A DNA stretch of 64,000 nt. Origin: Candidatus Brocadiia bacterium. GTDB taxonomy: Bacteria; Planctomycetota; Brocadiia; SM23-32. Positions 39,473-48,296 of this stretch are shown here, piece after piece. The notes beneath the pieces are model-generated. The model saw only the letters and a list, made by a program, of their open reading frames with translations, was not told the origin of the DNA and searched no databases. The stretch is taken from contig JBKHIT010000007.1 of NCBI GenBank assembly GCA_046538485.1, positions 48,165-112,164 of the forward strand. The letters run 5' to 3'. Made by a program: the position numbers and the translations under genes. How positions within the stretch are numbered: position 1 is the first letter of the stretch; every line of letters starts with the position of its first letter.

Positions 39473-41006
39473 GAGCACAATTACCATCGACCCTGTTACC
39501 CGGATTGAAGGACACCTCGGGGTGCATGTGGAACAGGAAGACGGTACGGTGACCGAGGCCCGCTGTTCGGGAACTCTCTTCCGTGGTCTGGAAAGCATCA
39601 TGGGAGGACGCGACCCTCGTGATGCCCCTATACTGACACAAAGAATCTGCGGGGTTTGTCCTCAGGCGCACGCCACGGCTTCGGCTCGAGCGCTCGATGA
39701 AGCGTATGGTGTGGCCGATCAGGTGCCCGCCAATGGGCGCCTGCTGCGTGATATCCTGCTCGGAGCCAATTTCCTGCAATCCCACGTGCTCCATTTTTAC
39801 CATCTCGCCGCTCTCGATTACGTCGATGTGACGGCGGTGCAGAAATATTCCGGAAATGATTCCGACCTGCAGGCCGTCAAAAATTTTCTTTCGCGAGGAA
39901 ACGCTCAGCCGTTTGTGCCGCGCTATGAAGGCGATTATCGGCTTGAGCCGGATGAGAATGTGGCGGCGACAAAACATTACGTTGAAGCACTCGATGTGCG
40001 AAGAAATGCCCACGAGTTGCTGGCCTTGTTCGGCGGCAAAATGCCCCATCAATGCACAGTCAATGTCGGCGGGGTCGGGACAGAAGTCACCTCCGACAAA
40101 GTGATGCGGGCGCTTTCGTATGTCGAGGATATCCTCGAGTTTGTGAACACCGCCTATCTGCCCGATATTCTGCTGGCCGCTGAACGATACCCCGATTACC
40201 TCAAGATCGGGGCCGGCTGTTCGCGTTTTCTGTCGTATGGCGGTCTGGATTCAACGGGCGATCCAATGTTCAGCAGCGGAATCCTGACACCCGATAACGA
40301 ATTTGTTGCGTTCGATCGAGATAAGATCCGAGAGGAAATTTCCAGCTCGTATTACGCGGGTGAATCGGAGTCGAATACGCCATTCGATAGCACGAGTGTT
40401 CCCGACGCGGAAAAAGACGGAGCTTATTCCTGGCTGAAATCCCCGCGCTACGATGGCAAGCCCTGCGAGGTTGGCCCCCTGGCCCGGATGATGATCGGCT
40501 ATGCAGCCGGAAATAAGGCCGTCAAACCGGCTGTCGAAGGCTTGCTGGAAAAAACCGGATTGCAGCCCGTCCAGCTGAATTCAACTCTTGGTCGTCACGC
40601 CGCCCGCGCTCTGGAGACCAAACTGATGGCGGAAGCGATGAGAGAGTGGATTATGGCCCTTGAACCGGGCGCTTCCTGCACCCTCGGCCTGGATGTTCCG
40701 GAGTCGGGCCGGGGCGCCGGGCTCACGGAAGCCCCACGGGGGGCGCTCAGTCATTGGGCCACGATCGAAGACGGCGAACTGGCGAACTACCAGTGCGTCG
40801 TCCCCACGACCTGGAACGGGTCCCCGCGAGATAATCAGAATGTCCCCGGGCCCATCGAGCAGGCCATTGAAAATGAAACCATCAAAGACCTGGACAATCC
40901 CTTCGAAGTGGTGCGGATTATCCGATCCTTTGACCCCTGTCTCGCATGTGCTGTTCATCTGCAGCGCCCGAAAGGTGAACTGCGGCTGGAGCTGCCCATA
41001 AAGTGA
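39465..41006 (+). CDS. [NiFe]-hydrogenase large subunit
   Basis: IDPVTRIEGH, L1 QRICGVCPQAH, L2 RSFDPCLACAVH plus a cleavable tail; AGGAGA RBS. Confidence 0.96.
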   Translation: MSKSTITIDPVTRIEGHLGVHVEQEDGTVTEARCSGTLFRGLESIMGGRDPRDAPILTQRICGVCPQAHATASARALDEAYGVADQVPANGRLLRDILLGANFLQSHVLHFYHLAALDYVDVTAVQKYSGNDSDLQAVKNFLSRGNAQPFVPRYEGDYRLEPDENVAATKHYVEALDVRRNAHELLALFGGKMPHQCTVNVGGVGTEVTSDKVMRALSYVEDILEFVNTAYLPDILLAAERYPDYLKIGAGCSRFLSYGGLDSTGDPMFSSGILTPDNEFVAFDRDKIREEISSSYYAGESESNTPFDSTSVPDAEKDGAYSWLKSPRYDGKPCEVGPLARMMIGYAAGNKAVKPAVEGLLEKTGLQPVQLNSTLGRHAARALETKLMAEAMREWIMALEPGASCTLGLDVPESGRGAGLTEAPRGALSHWATIEDGELANYQCVVPTTWNGSPRDNQNVPGPIEQAIENETIKDLDNPFEVVRIIRSFDPCLACAVHLQRPKGELRLELPIK

Positions 41007-41018
41007 GGAGTTCTTGCG

Positions 41019-41525
41019 ATGCACAAGAAGTCCCAAAAATCCCAGATCGCAATCATCGGGTTGGGAAACCTGTTGATGTCCGACGAAGGGATCGGGATCC
41101 ACGCGATCCGGACCCTTCAGGACGGCTGTCAGGACGAGGGTGTTGTCTGGATTGATGGCGGCACCGACCCGTGGGCGGCCCTCTGGGAGGCGCGAGATTG
41201 TCAGCACGTGATCATAATCGATGCCGTGGAAGGCAATGCGTTGCCCGGAACGCTCTACAGATGCGACATCGAAGAAGTGGAATCCGAAACCGGCGGGTTG
41301 TCCCTTCACGACACGAGTCTCAGCCAGATCGTCGCTTTTGAAGGGTCAGTGGGAAATGCGTTCGCCTCGGTCACGGTGCTGGGTATCGAACCGGACCGAT
41401 TGGATTTTGGTATTGGCCTTTCCCAGACCTGCAGTAAGAAACTCTCCGAATTGATGCGGGTTGTCCGCTGTGAGATCGATAGATTGAAAAATGACAATAA
41501 AACCCAAGGAGTGCGGCCATGCTAG
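41019..41525 (+). CDS. Hydrogenase maturation protease (HyaD/HybD family)
   Basis: GLGNLLMSDEGIG, IDGGT, IIDAV, SLHD. Confidence 0.93.
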   Translation: MHKKSQKSQIAIIGLGNLLMSDEGIGIHAIRTLQDGCQDEGVVWIDGGTDPWAALWEARDCQHVIIIDAVEGNALPGTLYRCDIEEVESETGGLSLHDTSLSQIVAFEGSVGNAFASVTVLGIEPDRLDFGIGLSQTCSKKLSELMRVVRCEIDRLKNDNKTQGVRPC

Positions 41526-42214
41526 TAACCGAACTCAAGCCGCAGGAAGAGGTTCTGGAAGAACTCGAAGGCGATTCCAGCGTCTTTCTTCTGGGCTGTG
41601 ACGGGTGCGCGAGCGCCTGCGAAACCGGAGGGGCGGAAAATCTTCCGACCCTCGTAGAAATGCTCGAGGATGCCGGAGTAAAAGTAACCGGCCAGACCTC
41701 GCTCGATTATCTGTGCAATAAATCGCTCATACGGTCGCACCTGCGACCCTACGAGGACGACATCGTGAAATCGGACTGCGTCCTTGTTGCAACGTGCGGG
41801 GTCGGAGTTCAGTGTGTCGCCGACAGCGTTCTCAAGCGCACCAGACCCGCCTGCAATACCGTCAATATGGGCGGATCGGGTGGCACTCAGATGTCAACCG
41901 AGCGTTGCGCCGAATGTGGCGATTGCCTGCTGGATCAGACGGGCGGAATCTGCCCGATCACCGGATGCTCCAAAAGTATGGTGAATGGCCCCTGCGGCGG
42001 CACAACGAGCGACGGAAAATGCGAAGTCGATAGCAAAAGGGATTGTGGTTGGTACAGGATCTATGAGCGCTTGAAAGACTTGAAAGCACTCGATCAAATG
42101 AAAGAAATTGCCCCACCGAAAAAATACGGATTGTTCCTGCCGTCATACGAACGAATGACCAGCGAATTCTGGGCGGTCCAGGCTCAGTCAGAGCAAGGAG
42201 GGGACGATGAGTAA
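41519..42214 (+). CDS. metV: Methylene-THF reductase small Fe-S/Zn subunit MetV
   Basis: GCDGCASAC, TCGVG, CAECGDC...GGICPITGCSKSMVNGPCGG...KCEV...DCGW. Confidence 0.88.
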   Translation: MLVTELKPQEEVLEELEGDSSVFLLGCDGCASACETGGAENLPTLVEMLEDAGVKVTGQTSLDYLCNKSLIRSHLRPYEDDIVKSDCVLVATCGVGVQCVADSVLKRTRPACNTVNMGGSGGTQMSTERCAECGDCLLDQTGGICPITGCSKSMVNGPCGGTTSDGKCEVDSKRDCGWYRIYERLKDLKALDQMKEIAPPKKYGLFLPSYERMTSEFWAVQAQSEQGGDDE

Positions 42215-43085
42215 TTTGTCAGAAGCGCTGGCAACGCAAGATTTTGTCGTAACCGGAGAAATCGGCCCCCCGAAGGGCGTAAACGTCGAAGAATGTCTCG
42301 AAGATGCCGAACATCTCCGAGGCAAAGTGGCCGCTATCAATGTCACCGATATCCAGAGCGCTGTGATGCGCGTGGGATCGATGGCGACCTGCAAACTCCT
42401 GATCGAGCGCGACCTTGAACCGATCCTGCAGATGGTCTGCCGGGACCGGAATCGTCTTGCGCTCCAGAGCGACCTGCTGAGCGCACACATCCTCGGCATT
42501 GAGAACGTCCTCTGCCTGACCGGCGACCACAATGTGCTCGGGGATCATCCCGATTCCAAACCGGTGTTCGATCTCGAAGCGGTCGGGTTGCTTGAGGCTG
42601 CCACGGGACTTATGGAGGGAGAGGATATCGCGGGCGAGGAACTCGACGGAGCCCCGGAACTGTTCCTCGGTGCCGTTGTCACCCCCGGAGCCGATCCGGT
42701 CGAACCCCAGATCATGCGGATGGAAAAAAAGATCGAGGCAGGGGCCAGGTTCTTCCAGACCCAGGCAATCTACGATACGGATCAGTTCGCCAATTTCATG
42801 AAACAGGTCGAAGGATTCGGGGTCCCCGTCCTCGGCGGGATTGTCCTGCTGAAATCGGCCGGAATGGCGCGCTTCATGAACGCGAACGTCGCCGGCGTCA
42901 ACGTGCCCGATCACCTGATCGAGCACATGAACAAAGATGATGGGAAAAGCAATAGCGAAAAAGCCGTGGATATCGCCGTTGAAACCATCAACGGACTCAA
43001 AGATATCTGTGATGGTGTCCACATCATGCCGCTCGGCTGGGACCACCTGGTGCCGGAGATCATCGAACGGTCCGGGCTGGGGTGA
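42207..43085 (+). CDS. metF: Methylenetetrahydrofolate reductase MetF (MetV-associated type)
   Basis: TGEIGPPKG, NVTD, CRDRNRLALQSDLL, LTGDH, KKIEAGARFFQTQ, GVHIM. Confidence 0.93.
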   Translation: MSNLSEALATQDFVVTGEIGPPKGVNVEECLEDAEHLRGKVAAINVTDIQSAVMRVGSMATCKLLIERDLEPILQMVCRDRNRLALQSDLLSAHILGIENVLCLTGDHNVLGDHPDSKPVFDLEAVGLLEAATGLMEGEDIAGEELDGAPELFLGAVVTPGADPVEPQIMRMEKKIEAGARFFQTQAIYDTDQFANFMKQVEGFGVPVLGGIVLLKSAGMARFMNANVAGVNVPDHLIEHMNKDDGKSNSEKAVDIAVETINGLKDICDGVHIMPLGWDHLVPEIIERSGLG

Positions 43086-43100
43086 TGACGGCGGCTGAAG

Positions 43101-43146
43101 GGATGACACGGAATAACACGGACGAACACGGACTGGCACGGACACA
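43101..43146. repeat. 10-bp-period tandem repeat (CACGGA x4)
   Basis: GACACGGAAT AACACGGACG AACACGGACT GGCACGGACA. Confidence 0.75.
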
Positions 43147-43175
43147 GGAACGCCGCTTTGAGGCTCATATCTTTT

Positions 43176-43200
43176 CCCGCGTTCTGAAGTCCAGTCCGCT
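43176..43200 (-). repeat. Modular palindromic repeat family, minimal copy D
   Basis: CCCGCGTTCTGAAGTCCAGTCCGCT is a collapsed version of the terminal block of copies B and C. Confidence 0.7.
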
Positions 43201-43228
43201 GGCTGCTGAACAGGCTCCCTGAAAGCCC

Positions 43229-46200
43229 TCAGCGTTCGCTGAGACGGGCGGCGGCGAAGGTGGCAAGGTCCCCGCGGGTGGCTTCCTGGAGGTCTTGCAG
43301 GATTTTTGCCGAAGTCTCGGCCGCAACGCTGCCCAGCAGGTTGTAAACCGTCTGAATCTCCCGAGTGAAACGCGCCCCTTTTAACGCGCTCACCGTTTCC
43401 GCTGGCATCTCTTCCAGTAATCTCTCGATATCATGGCGCGTGAGCTCCTGAAGGGACGCGAACCGTCTGGAAAGGTGTCGCCAGTTTCTCCGGACCGCCG
43501 CCGCCTTCGCTCCCTCCAGCTTGTTCTGGCCGATCATGTAGGACCGGGTGCGGGCGCAGTAATCCTGGTACTGACGGACCATCGTCCACTCGCGCACAAA
43601 CTGTTCGGCGTAAGTTTCCGAATCGTGACGGGAAAGATAGGCCAGCCACGCCAGACGAGCAAAAATCTTCTCGGCGCCAAGACACGGCGAGGTCTCAAGC
43701 ATGGCCGTGTCGGGTCCGAGACGCCGCGCATAAGCCGCGCGGGTCCGGGCTTCTTCCTTATTCCATTTCTTGACTTTCTCACGACCTTCCTCAACAAGAT
43801 CGGCTTTGCGATACAGGGCGATGGCCAGGGAGAGGTCGCGACGCCGTTCGCGCGCGTCGGCTTTGGTTTCCAGGCGGAGTGACGGTGGATTCGACAGGAT
43901 TTTTCGGAAAGATACATCCCCCGCAAGAGCCAGCAGGAGGTAGGCGTTTCCGTGGAGCCGACTCGACGCTGTGCTCAGAGCTTTCTGGGCGAGTTTGGCC
44001 GCGTTGCCGGGCCGTTCCCGCTGCAGAGACGAAACCATACGCAGGCGGAGGCCGAGAGGCAGATTTGTGACGGTTGCCAGTTGTGTGGCGAGGGCACTGG
44101 CGATCTTCGGTCCTTTTGCTTCGAGAGCTTTGTTGATCACCCCGATTCGTTTTTTGAGTTTTTCGGGTTCCAGTTCCGTCCCCGCCCCGGAATCCTTCTC
44201 GCCTGGCAATCCCAATCCAGCTTCTCCGGTTTCCTCATCGAGCCCGCCGAGATCATCGAGTTCTGAATCGAGGGACGTGCTTCCCAGTTTTTCGAGCAGA
44301 TACTCCGTGTCGGCTACTTTCTGCGGGGCCTCAACCTCTCCGACCCCGGGTGCCGTCCAGACCATGGCGCTTTTGAGGAGTTTCGGCCAGTCTTGCCAGT
44401 CGAAGAAAGCCGTTGTGCCGTCGCTGGATTTGCCCCGGTGGTCGACCAGCAGGCACGCGACCCGTCCTTTCCCGACTTCCCACCCGACCAGAACGGGTCG
44501 ATTGCCGCTTTTCAGGAATACTTTGACATCCGGTCTTAGCACGACCTGATTCCGCACCCAGTAGACGGGACGCTGGCTGAAATCAAGATCCACTTTAAGT
44601 TCCGAGAAATCCGGACCCGGCTCGAATGGGCGCGGTTCTTCGGGATAGGTCGTGTCCGTCATGCCGGTGCAGCGGAACGGTAACAATTCTCGTTCGAGCA
44701 CTGTGTGCATGTAGCCCCCTTTGCCGAAGGCGTATTCCCCGCCGGTGAAGAGGACACCGCCGCCCGATTTGACGTATTCCGCCAGTGCGTAGCTGTTTTT
44801 GACCCCGATCGCGCAGTGGGGGATCCCGGTGAACAGAGTCAGGTCGAAATCGTTGTAAGCGTGAGCTGGGACGTTATTTGCGAGTCTCATGCCGGGTCTC
44901 TGGCGGACTGTTCCATACACCCACGCGTTGTGGATGTTGAATCGATTCAGCCTGGCAAACGCGAGGGGCACCCGCAGGCGATAATCCATCGCACCCCGGC
45001 CGTAGAAAATGTCGAAACGGCCGTTACGCACCGGGGTTAAATCACCGAAATCAAGATCTTTGTCTTTCAGTTTTAGATCCGCCGGGATCGCGGCGCCGTG
45101 CCACCATTTTTTGGCAAGTTTTTCCGGGGACCTTCGCTGGCCGAGAAGGGTTTCCTTGCGTTCTTCGCCGGAAAGTTTCCTCATGGCGGCTCGTTTTTCC
45201 GCACGTTTCTTTGCCCATTCCGGGGCCAGACGCCGGAATTGTTTGTTGACCTCTTCCATGCTGGCATCGGGATCGAGGATGATCTGTTCTTTCCGCTTGG
45301 TGTCGTCGATATCCTCTCGCTTTTTGCCGAGAGTCGCGGGAGGTCCAAAACGCGATGCCAGGGCTCCGACGTCGCCTTGAACGACGAGGTCAATTACAGC
45401 CACTTTCCAGGTTCGGACCGCCGGGACATCAAACCGGCCGTCGGCAAGGGGCAGCGCATTAACATCGAGCGTACGGGGATGGATAAGGTTGACGCCCGTT
45501 GCCTCCACACCTTCGGGCAGACTCAGCTCGAAGGCGACTGGATCGGTTCCCGGGGACATGTCGAATTCCGGCGGCGCGTCACTATCGCGTCCCGGCCGGG
45601 TTTCTTTTTGCGGGATGTTGAGCAGGTTGACGACGAGCTGTCGCCGACCGTTCTGAAGTGGTGTTTCGTAGACAAACGGTTTCCACCAGAGCCGCGTTTT
45701 ATTTTGCGGTTTGAGCACTTTTTCGGGTGTGACGAGTCGCCGGAGATTTTCGTCGAAAGTATACTGGCTGTAGCGGGTGCAGTAGCGTCGGATTTCGCGG
45801 TTCATTGCTTCGTTGTAGGGACGGCAACCGGCGGCGGCCCAGAGTGCGCTTTCGATGATTCTGTCCCGTCGGGATTTGGCGTAACTAATTCCCAGGTAGT
45901 AGCCCCCGCGTTCCCGGCAGAGATCGCCGTCCGTCTGGAGATTCTTTGCAATCTGGGCGAACGTCCAGCCGCCCGATGCATTGCCGATAGATTCGTTCAT
46001 CAACAGTCCGCCCCCCCGGCAGAGTTCGTCCAGCTCGAAGTCCTCAATGGCCCACTTGTGATCCTTGTTCTTCTCAATGAGCAGATAGTTGTAACCGTGG
46101 CGGAAGTCGGGGTATTTCTGCGCGACGATATCTTTAAAGTACCGCACCAGAGTTTGAGTTTGACATGCTGCGAACGGACGGTATTTCCCGCTCCGCCCGC

Positions 46201-47764
46201 ACTGAGCCCAGCCCGCCCCCCGCGGATGCCCGTCCCAGCGGATGGCGTCCCACCCGAACATCTCAATAGAACGCACACATTCCTCGGCGGCGATTCGGAC
46301 CATGTGGGGGGTGGCATCCGGGTTGATCGGCATGAAACTTGACCACCAGTTCCGGAACGGGTTCCCCGGCACGCGCGGAAGTTTGCTGTAGATGCAGAAA
46401 TCCCTGTCACGGCGCCGATCCAGATGCAGTACGTTGACCCCGTTCCACATCCCGACAGGGTAGTGGTATTGGGAGCGGTGGTCTTCTGGATAATCGTAAG
46501 CCGTCTTCCAGCCTTTGGATCCGGACATGACGAACTTGCCGTAGGTCGAGACCGCGAATCCCTGTTCGTGGGCGAGGCGGATCTGGCGCTGAAGGGTCTT
46601 TTTGTGCATTCGATAATTGGTCTGTCCCGATGACCAGAACTCGGTGGCGGGACTCATCTCGACCATATCGTCTTCGGCCCAGGCGAAGTACTCCGTGGCA
46701 TTGAAATACTGATCGCGCGCTTCCCTCAGCTCTTTGCGAATTGTCTCTTCGTCCAGGACAACATCACGGGTCGCCAGCCCGCCACCGAAGATTGCAACCC
46801 TCTGGAAGTTGGCCGCGATGTTAAAATATTCCGCCGCTTCCGAACGGTCTTTGCCGTCACTGGAGACGTATTCAGCCACCAGTGCGTAGCCGAGTTCTTT
46901 GTCGGGGAGCCTGATTTCAAAATCGACTGTCTGAGGTTGCTTGCTGAGCGTAACCGGGAGGCTTTTGGCCTTGCGACGTTCCCGGACATTGTGCTCGAGG
47001 TAAATGTTGAGCGTTCCGCTGCCTCCACGACCGCCAACGTCCGAGACCACGGCCGAGCCTTTAAGTGTTGCGCCCGGCAGGTAGCGTATTCTGTCGATAT
47101 CGACCTTGTCCACGCACCCGGTGCGCGATAGTCGCCTGTACTCCACTTTATCCACCAGATAGTAGACCGATTGTTTTGGGGTGAGGGTATGTTCAAGATC
47201 GAGGTCCATGTCCGGTTCGGCGTCAGCGGCTCCGCCGAGCATATCTTCGGTGGCGGCTTTGATGCCGGCTCCGCCTTTCTTGATGTCGGCTTTGGCTCTC
47301 GCATTTCCGACGGTCTCGGCGTCGGCGGTGGCGTGGATGGCGAATGTGAGCGGCGCCGATCGGGAATGGATAAACTGGCACGTTCGTGTCTCCGGCCGAT
47401 GGACGCGCGCGAAGTGACACCCTTCGTATTGTGCGATCTCCTGTTTTTTCTGCATGATCCGGAGGTGGGAATGAAACGCAATGGCATTTCCCACGTGGGA
47501 AGGCTGGAGCGTCAGGCGTATTTCGTAGAGTCCCGCCGGCCGGGTTTCGGGCGTTTGGACGGACAGTGGACTGGTTTTCTTTTTCGGGAGGGCGACGGCT
47601 GCCGCGGCTTTTTGATCCAGTGCCGGCACGCGGGCATCAACGATTCCTTCCCATTGGTCGGCCGGGATCGTCTGCCATTTGGGTTCCGCGCCTTTGACGT
47701 TGCGCGTCAGCCACAGCGTCAGGCCCAGGATGAGCAGCGAAATTATGGCATGATTTTTCTGCAC
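43229..47764 (-). CDS. Giant secreted protein: putative glycoside hydrolase (GH66-like Ig + TIM barrel) with C-terminal class I GATase-like (DUF1355-like) domain
   Basis: Signal peptide; DRIRYLPG Ig start; FGWDAIRWDGH and LLMNE putative catalytic motifs; YVKSGGGVLFTGGEYAFGKGGY...LLP and GKGRV are DUF1355-like. Family assignment tentative. Confidence 0.5.
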   Translation of the reverse strand: MQKNHAIISLLILGLTLWLTRNVKGAEPKWQTIPADQWEGIVDARVPALDQKAAAAVALPKKKTSPLSVQTPETRPAGLYEIRLTLQPSHVGNAIAFHSHLRIMQKKQEIAQYEGCHFARVHRPETRTCQFIHSRSAPLTFAIHATADAETVGNARAKADIKKGGAGIKAATEDMLGGAADAEPDMDLDLEHTLTPKQSVYYLVDKVEYRRLSRTGCVDKVDIDRIRYLPGATLKGSAVVSDVGGRGGSGTLNIYLEHNVRERRKAKSLPVTLSKQPQTVDFEIRLPDKELGYALVAEYVSSDGKDRSEAAEYFNIAANFQRVAIFGGGLATRDVVLDEETIRKELREARDQYFNATEYFAWAEDDMVEMSPATEFWSSGQTNYRMHKKTLQRQIRLAHEQGFAVSTYGKFVMSGSKGWKTAYDYPEDHRSQYHYPVGMWNGVNVLHLDRRRDRDFCIYSKLPRVPGNPFRNWWSSFMPINPDATPHMVRIAAEECVRSIEMFGWDAIRWDGHPRGAGWAQCGRSGKYRPFAACQTQTLVRYFKDIVAQKYPDFRHGYNYLLIEKNKDHKWAIEDFELDELCRGGGLLMNESIGNASGGWTFAQIAKNLQTDGDLCRERGGYYLGISYAKSRRDRIIESALWAAAGCRPYNEAMNREIRRYCTRYSQYTFDENLRRLVTPEKVLKPQNKTRLWWKPFVYETPLQNGRRQLVVNLLNIPQKETRPGRDSDAPPEFDMSPGTDPVAFELSLPEGVEATGVNLIHPRTLDVNALPLADGRFDVPAVRTWKVAVIDLVVQGDVGALASRFGPPATLGKKREDIDDTKRKEQIILDPDASMEEVNKQFRRLAPEWAKKRAEKRAAMRKLSGEERKETLLGQRRSPEKLAKKWWHGAAIPADLKLKDKDLDFGDLTPVRNGRFDIFYGRGAMDYRLRVPLAFARLNRFNIHNAWVYGTVRQRPGMRLANNVPAHAYNDFDLTLFTGIPHCAIGVKNSYALAEYVKSGGGVLFTGGEYAFGKGGYMHTVLERELLPFRCTGMTDTTYPEEPRPFEPGPDFSELKVDLDFSQRPVYWVRNQVVLRPDVKVFLKSGNRPVLVGWEVGKGRVACLLVDHRGKSSDGTTAFFDWQDWPKLLKSAMVWTAPGVGEVEAPQKVADTEYLLEKLGSTSLDSELDDLGGLDEETGEAGLGLPGEKDSGAGTELEPEKLKKRIGVINKALEAKGPKIASALATQLATVTNLPLGLRLRMVSSLQRERPGNAAKLAQKALSTASSRLHGNAYLLLALAGDVSFRKILSNPPSLRLETKADARERRRDLSLAIALYRKADLVEEGREKVKKWNKEEARTRAAYARRLGPDTAMLETSPCLGAEKIFARLAWLAYLSRHDSETYAEQFVREWTMVRQYQDYCARTRSYMIGQNKLEGAKAAAVRRNWRHLSRRFASLQELTRHDIERLLEEMPAETVSALKGARFTREIQTVYNLLGSVAAETSAKILQDLQEATRGDLATFAAARLSER

Positions 47765-47928
47765 CGGTTAGTCTCCTCAGATTCTTCGGGTTCGGGGGTT
47801 TTCTTGCGCACCGGCAGATGTGATGATACCAGAAAATTAGTATTGACTGTATATTTTCGTGTTTTGCTACTGGTATTGCATAGATCTTGTAACGTTTAGC
47901 GGCCGCCCGGGCCGTGAGCTAGCACTGA

Positions 47929-48242
47929 CCTTGTGTCAGTGGGGCTATACCTCTGCACTACCGGGTCTATTTCTCCCAAAAAAGGCTACCGCCGCCCTCG
48001 TGTCGGTGGGGCCGTACTTCGTGTTCGGAGCAGAGGAGGCATCGCTCCACCGGGGCGAGCCCGGCTACGCGTTCAGCCTACACAGACCGTCATTGCGAGG
48101 AGCGACAGCGACGAAGCAATCTCGTCGTTTCCCAGCCCAACAGCGAGATTGCCGCGGATGCCTCCGGCATCCTCGCAATGACCTCTTCAGCGCCACTGCG
48201 GGAAACGCTAAACGCGACCTCGTGTCGGTGGGGCCGTACTTC
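47929..48242. repeat. Three 25-bp direct repeats (47929-47953 degenerate; 47996-48020 and 48218-48242 identical)
   Basis: CCTCGTGTCGGTGGGGCCGTACTTC exact twice; 20/25 match at the first copy. Confidence 0.8.
48089..48182. repeat. Palindromic REP/MITE-like element
   Basis: 13-bp terminal IR GTCATTGCGAGGA/TCCTCGCAATGAC, inner IR GCAATCTCG/CGAGATTGC, and hairpin GGATGCC-TCC-GGCATCC. Confidence 0.8.
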
Positions 48243-48296
48243 TGCATGACCTGAGAGGATTTATCCTTCCCGAAGCTACAGCCAAAAACAACAGAA

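Noticed and set aside
40930..40960. Selenocysteine in the hydrogenase L2 motif
   Set aside because: The codon is TGT (Cys), with no in-frame TGA.
47820..47885. NikR operator-like dyad (ATAC...GTAT) upstream of the 47764 gene
   Set aside because: The arms are short with several possible spacings and the downstream gene has no nickel link, so it cannot be supported without a motif model.
47929..48242. CRISPR array (25-bp repeats, first period 67 bp)
   Set aside because: Only three copies with irregular spacing, 'spacers' that resemble each other, no typical repeat terminus and no cas genes in the window.
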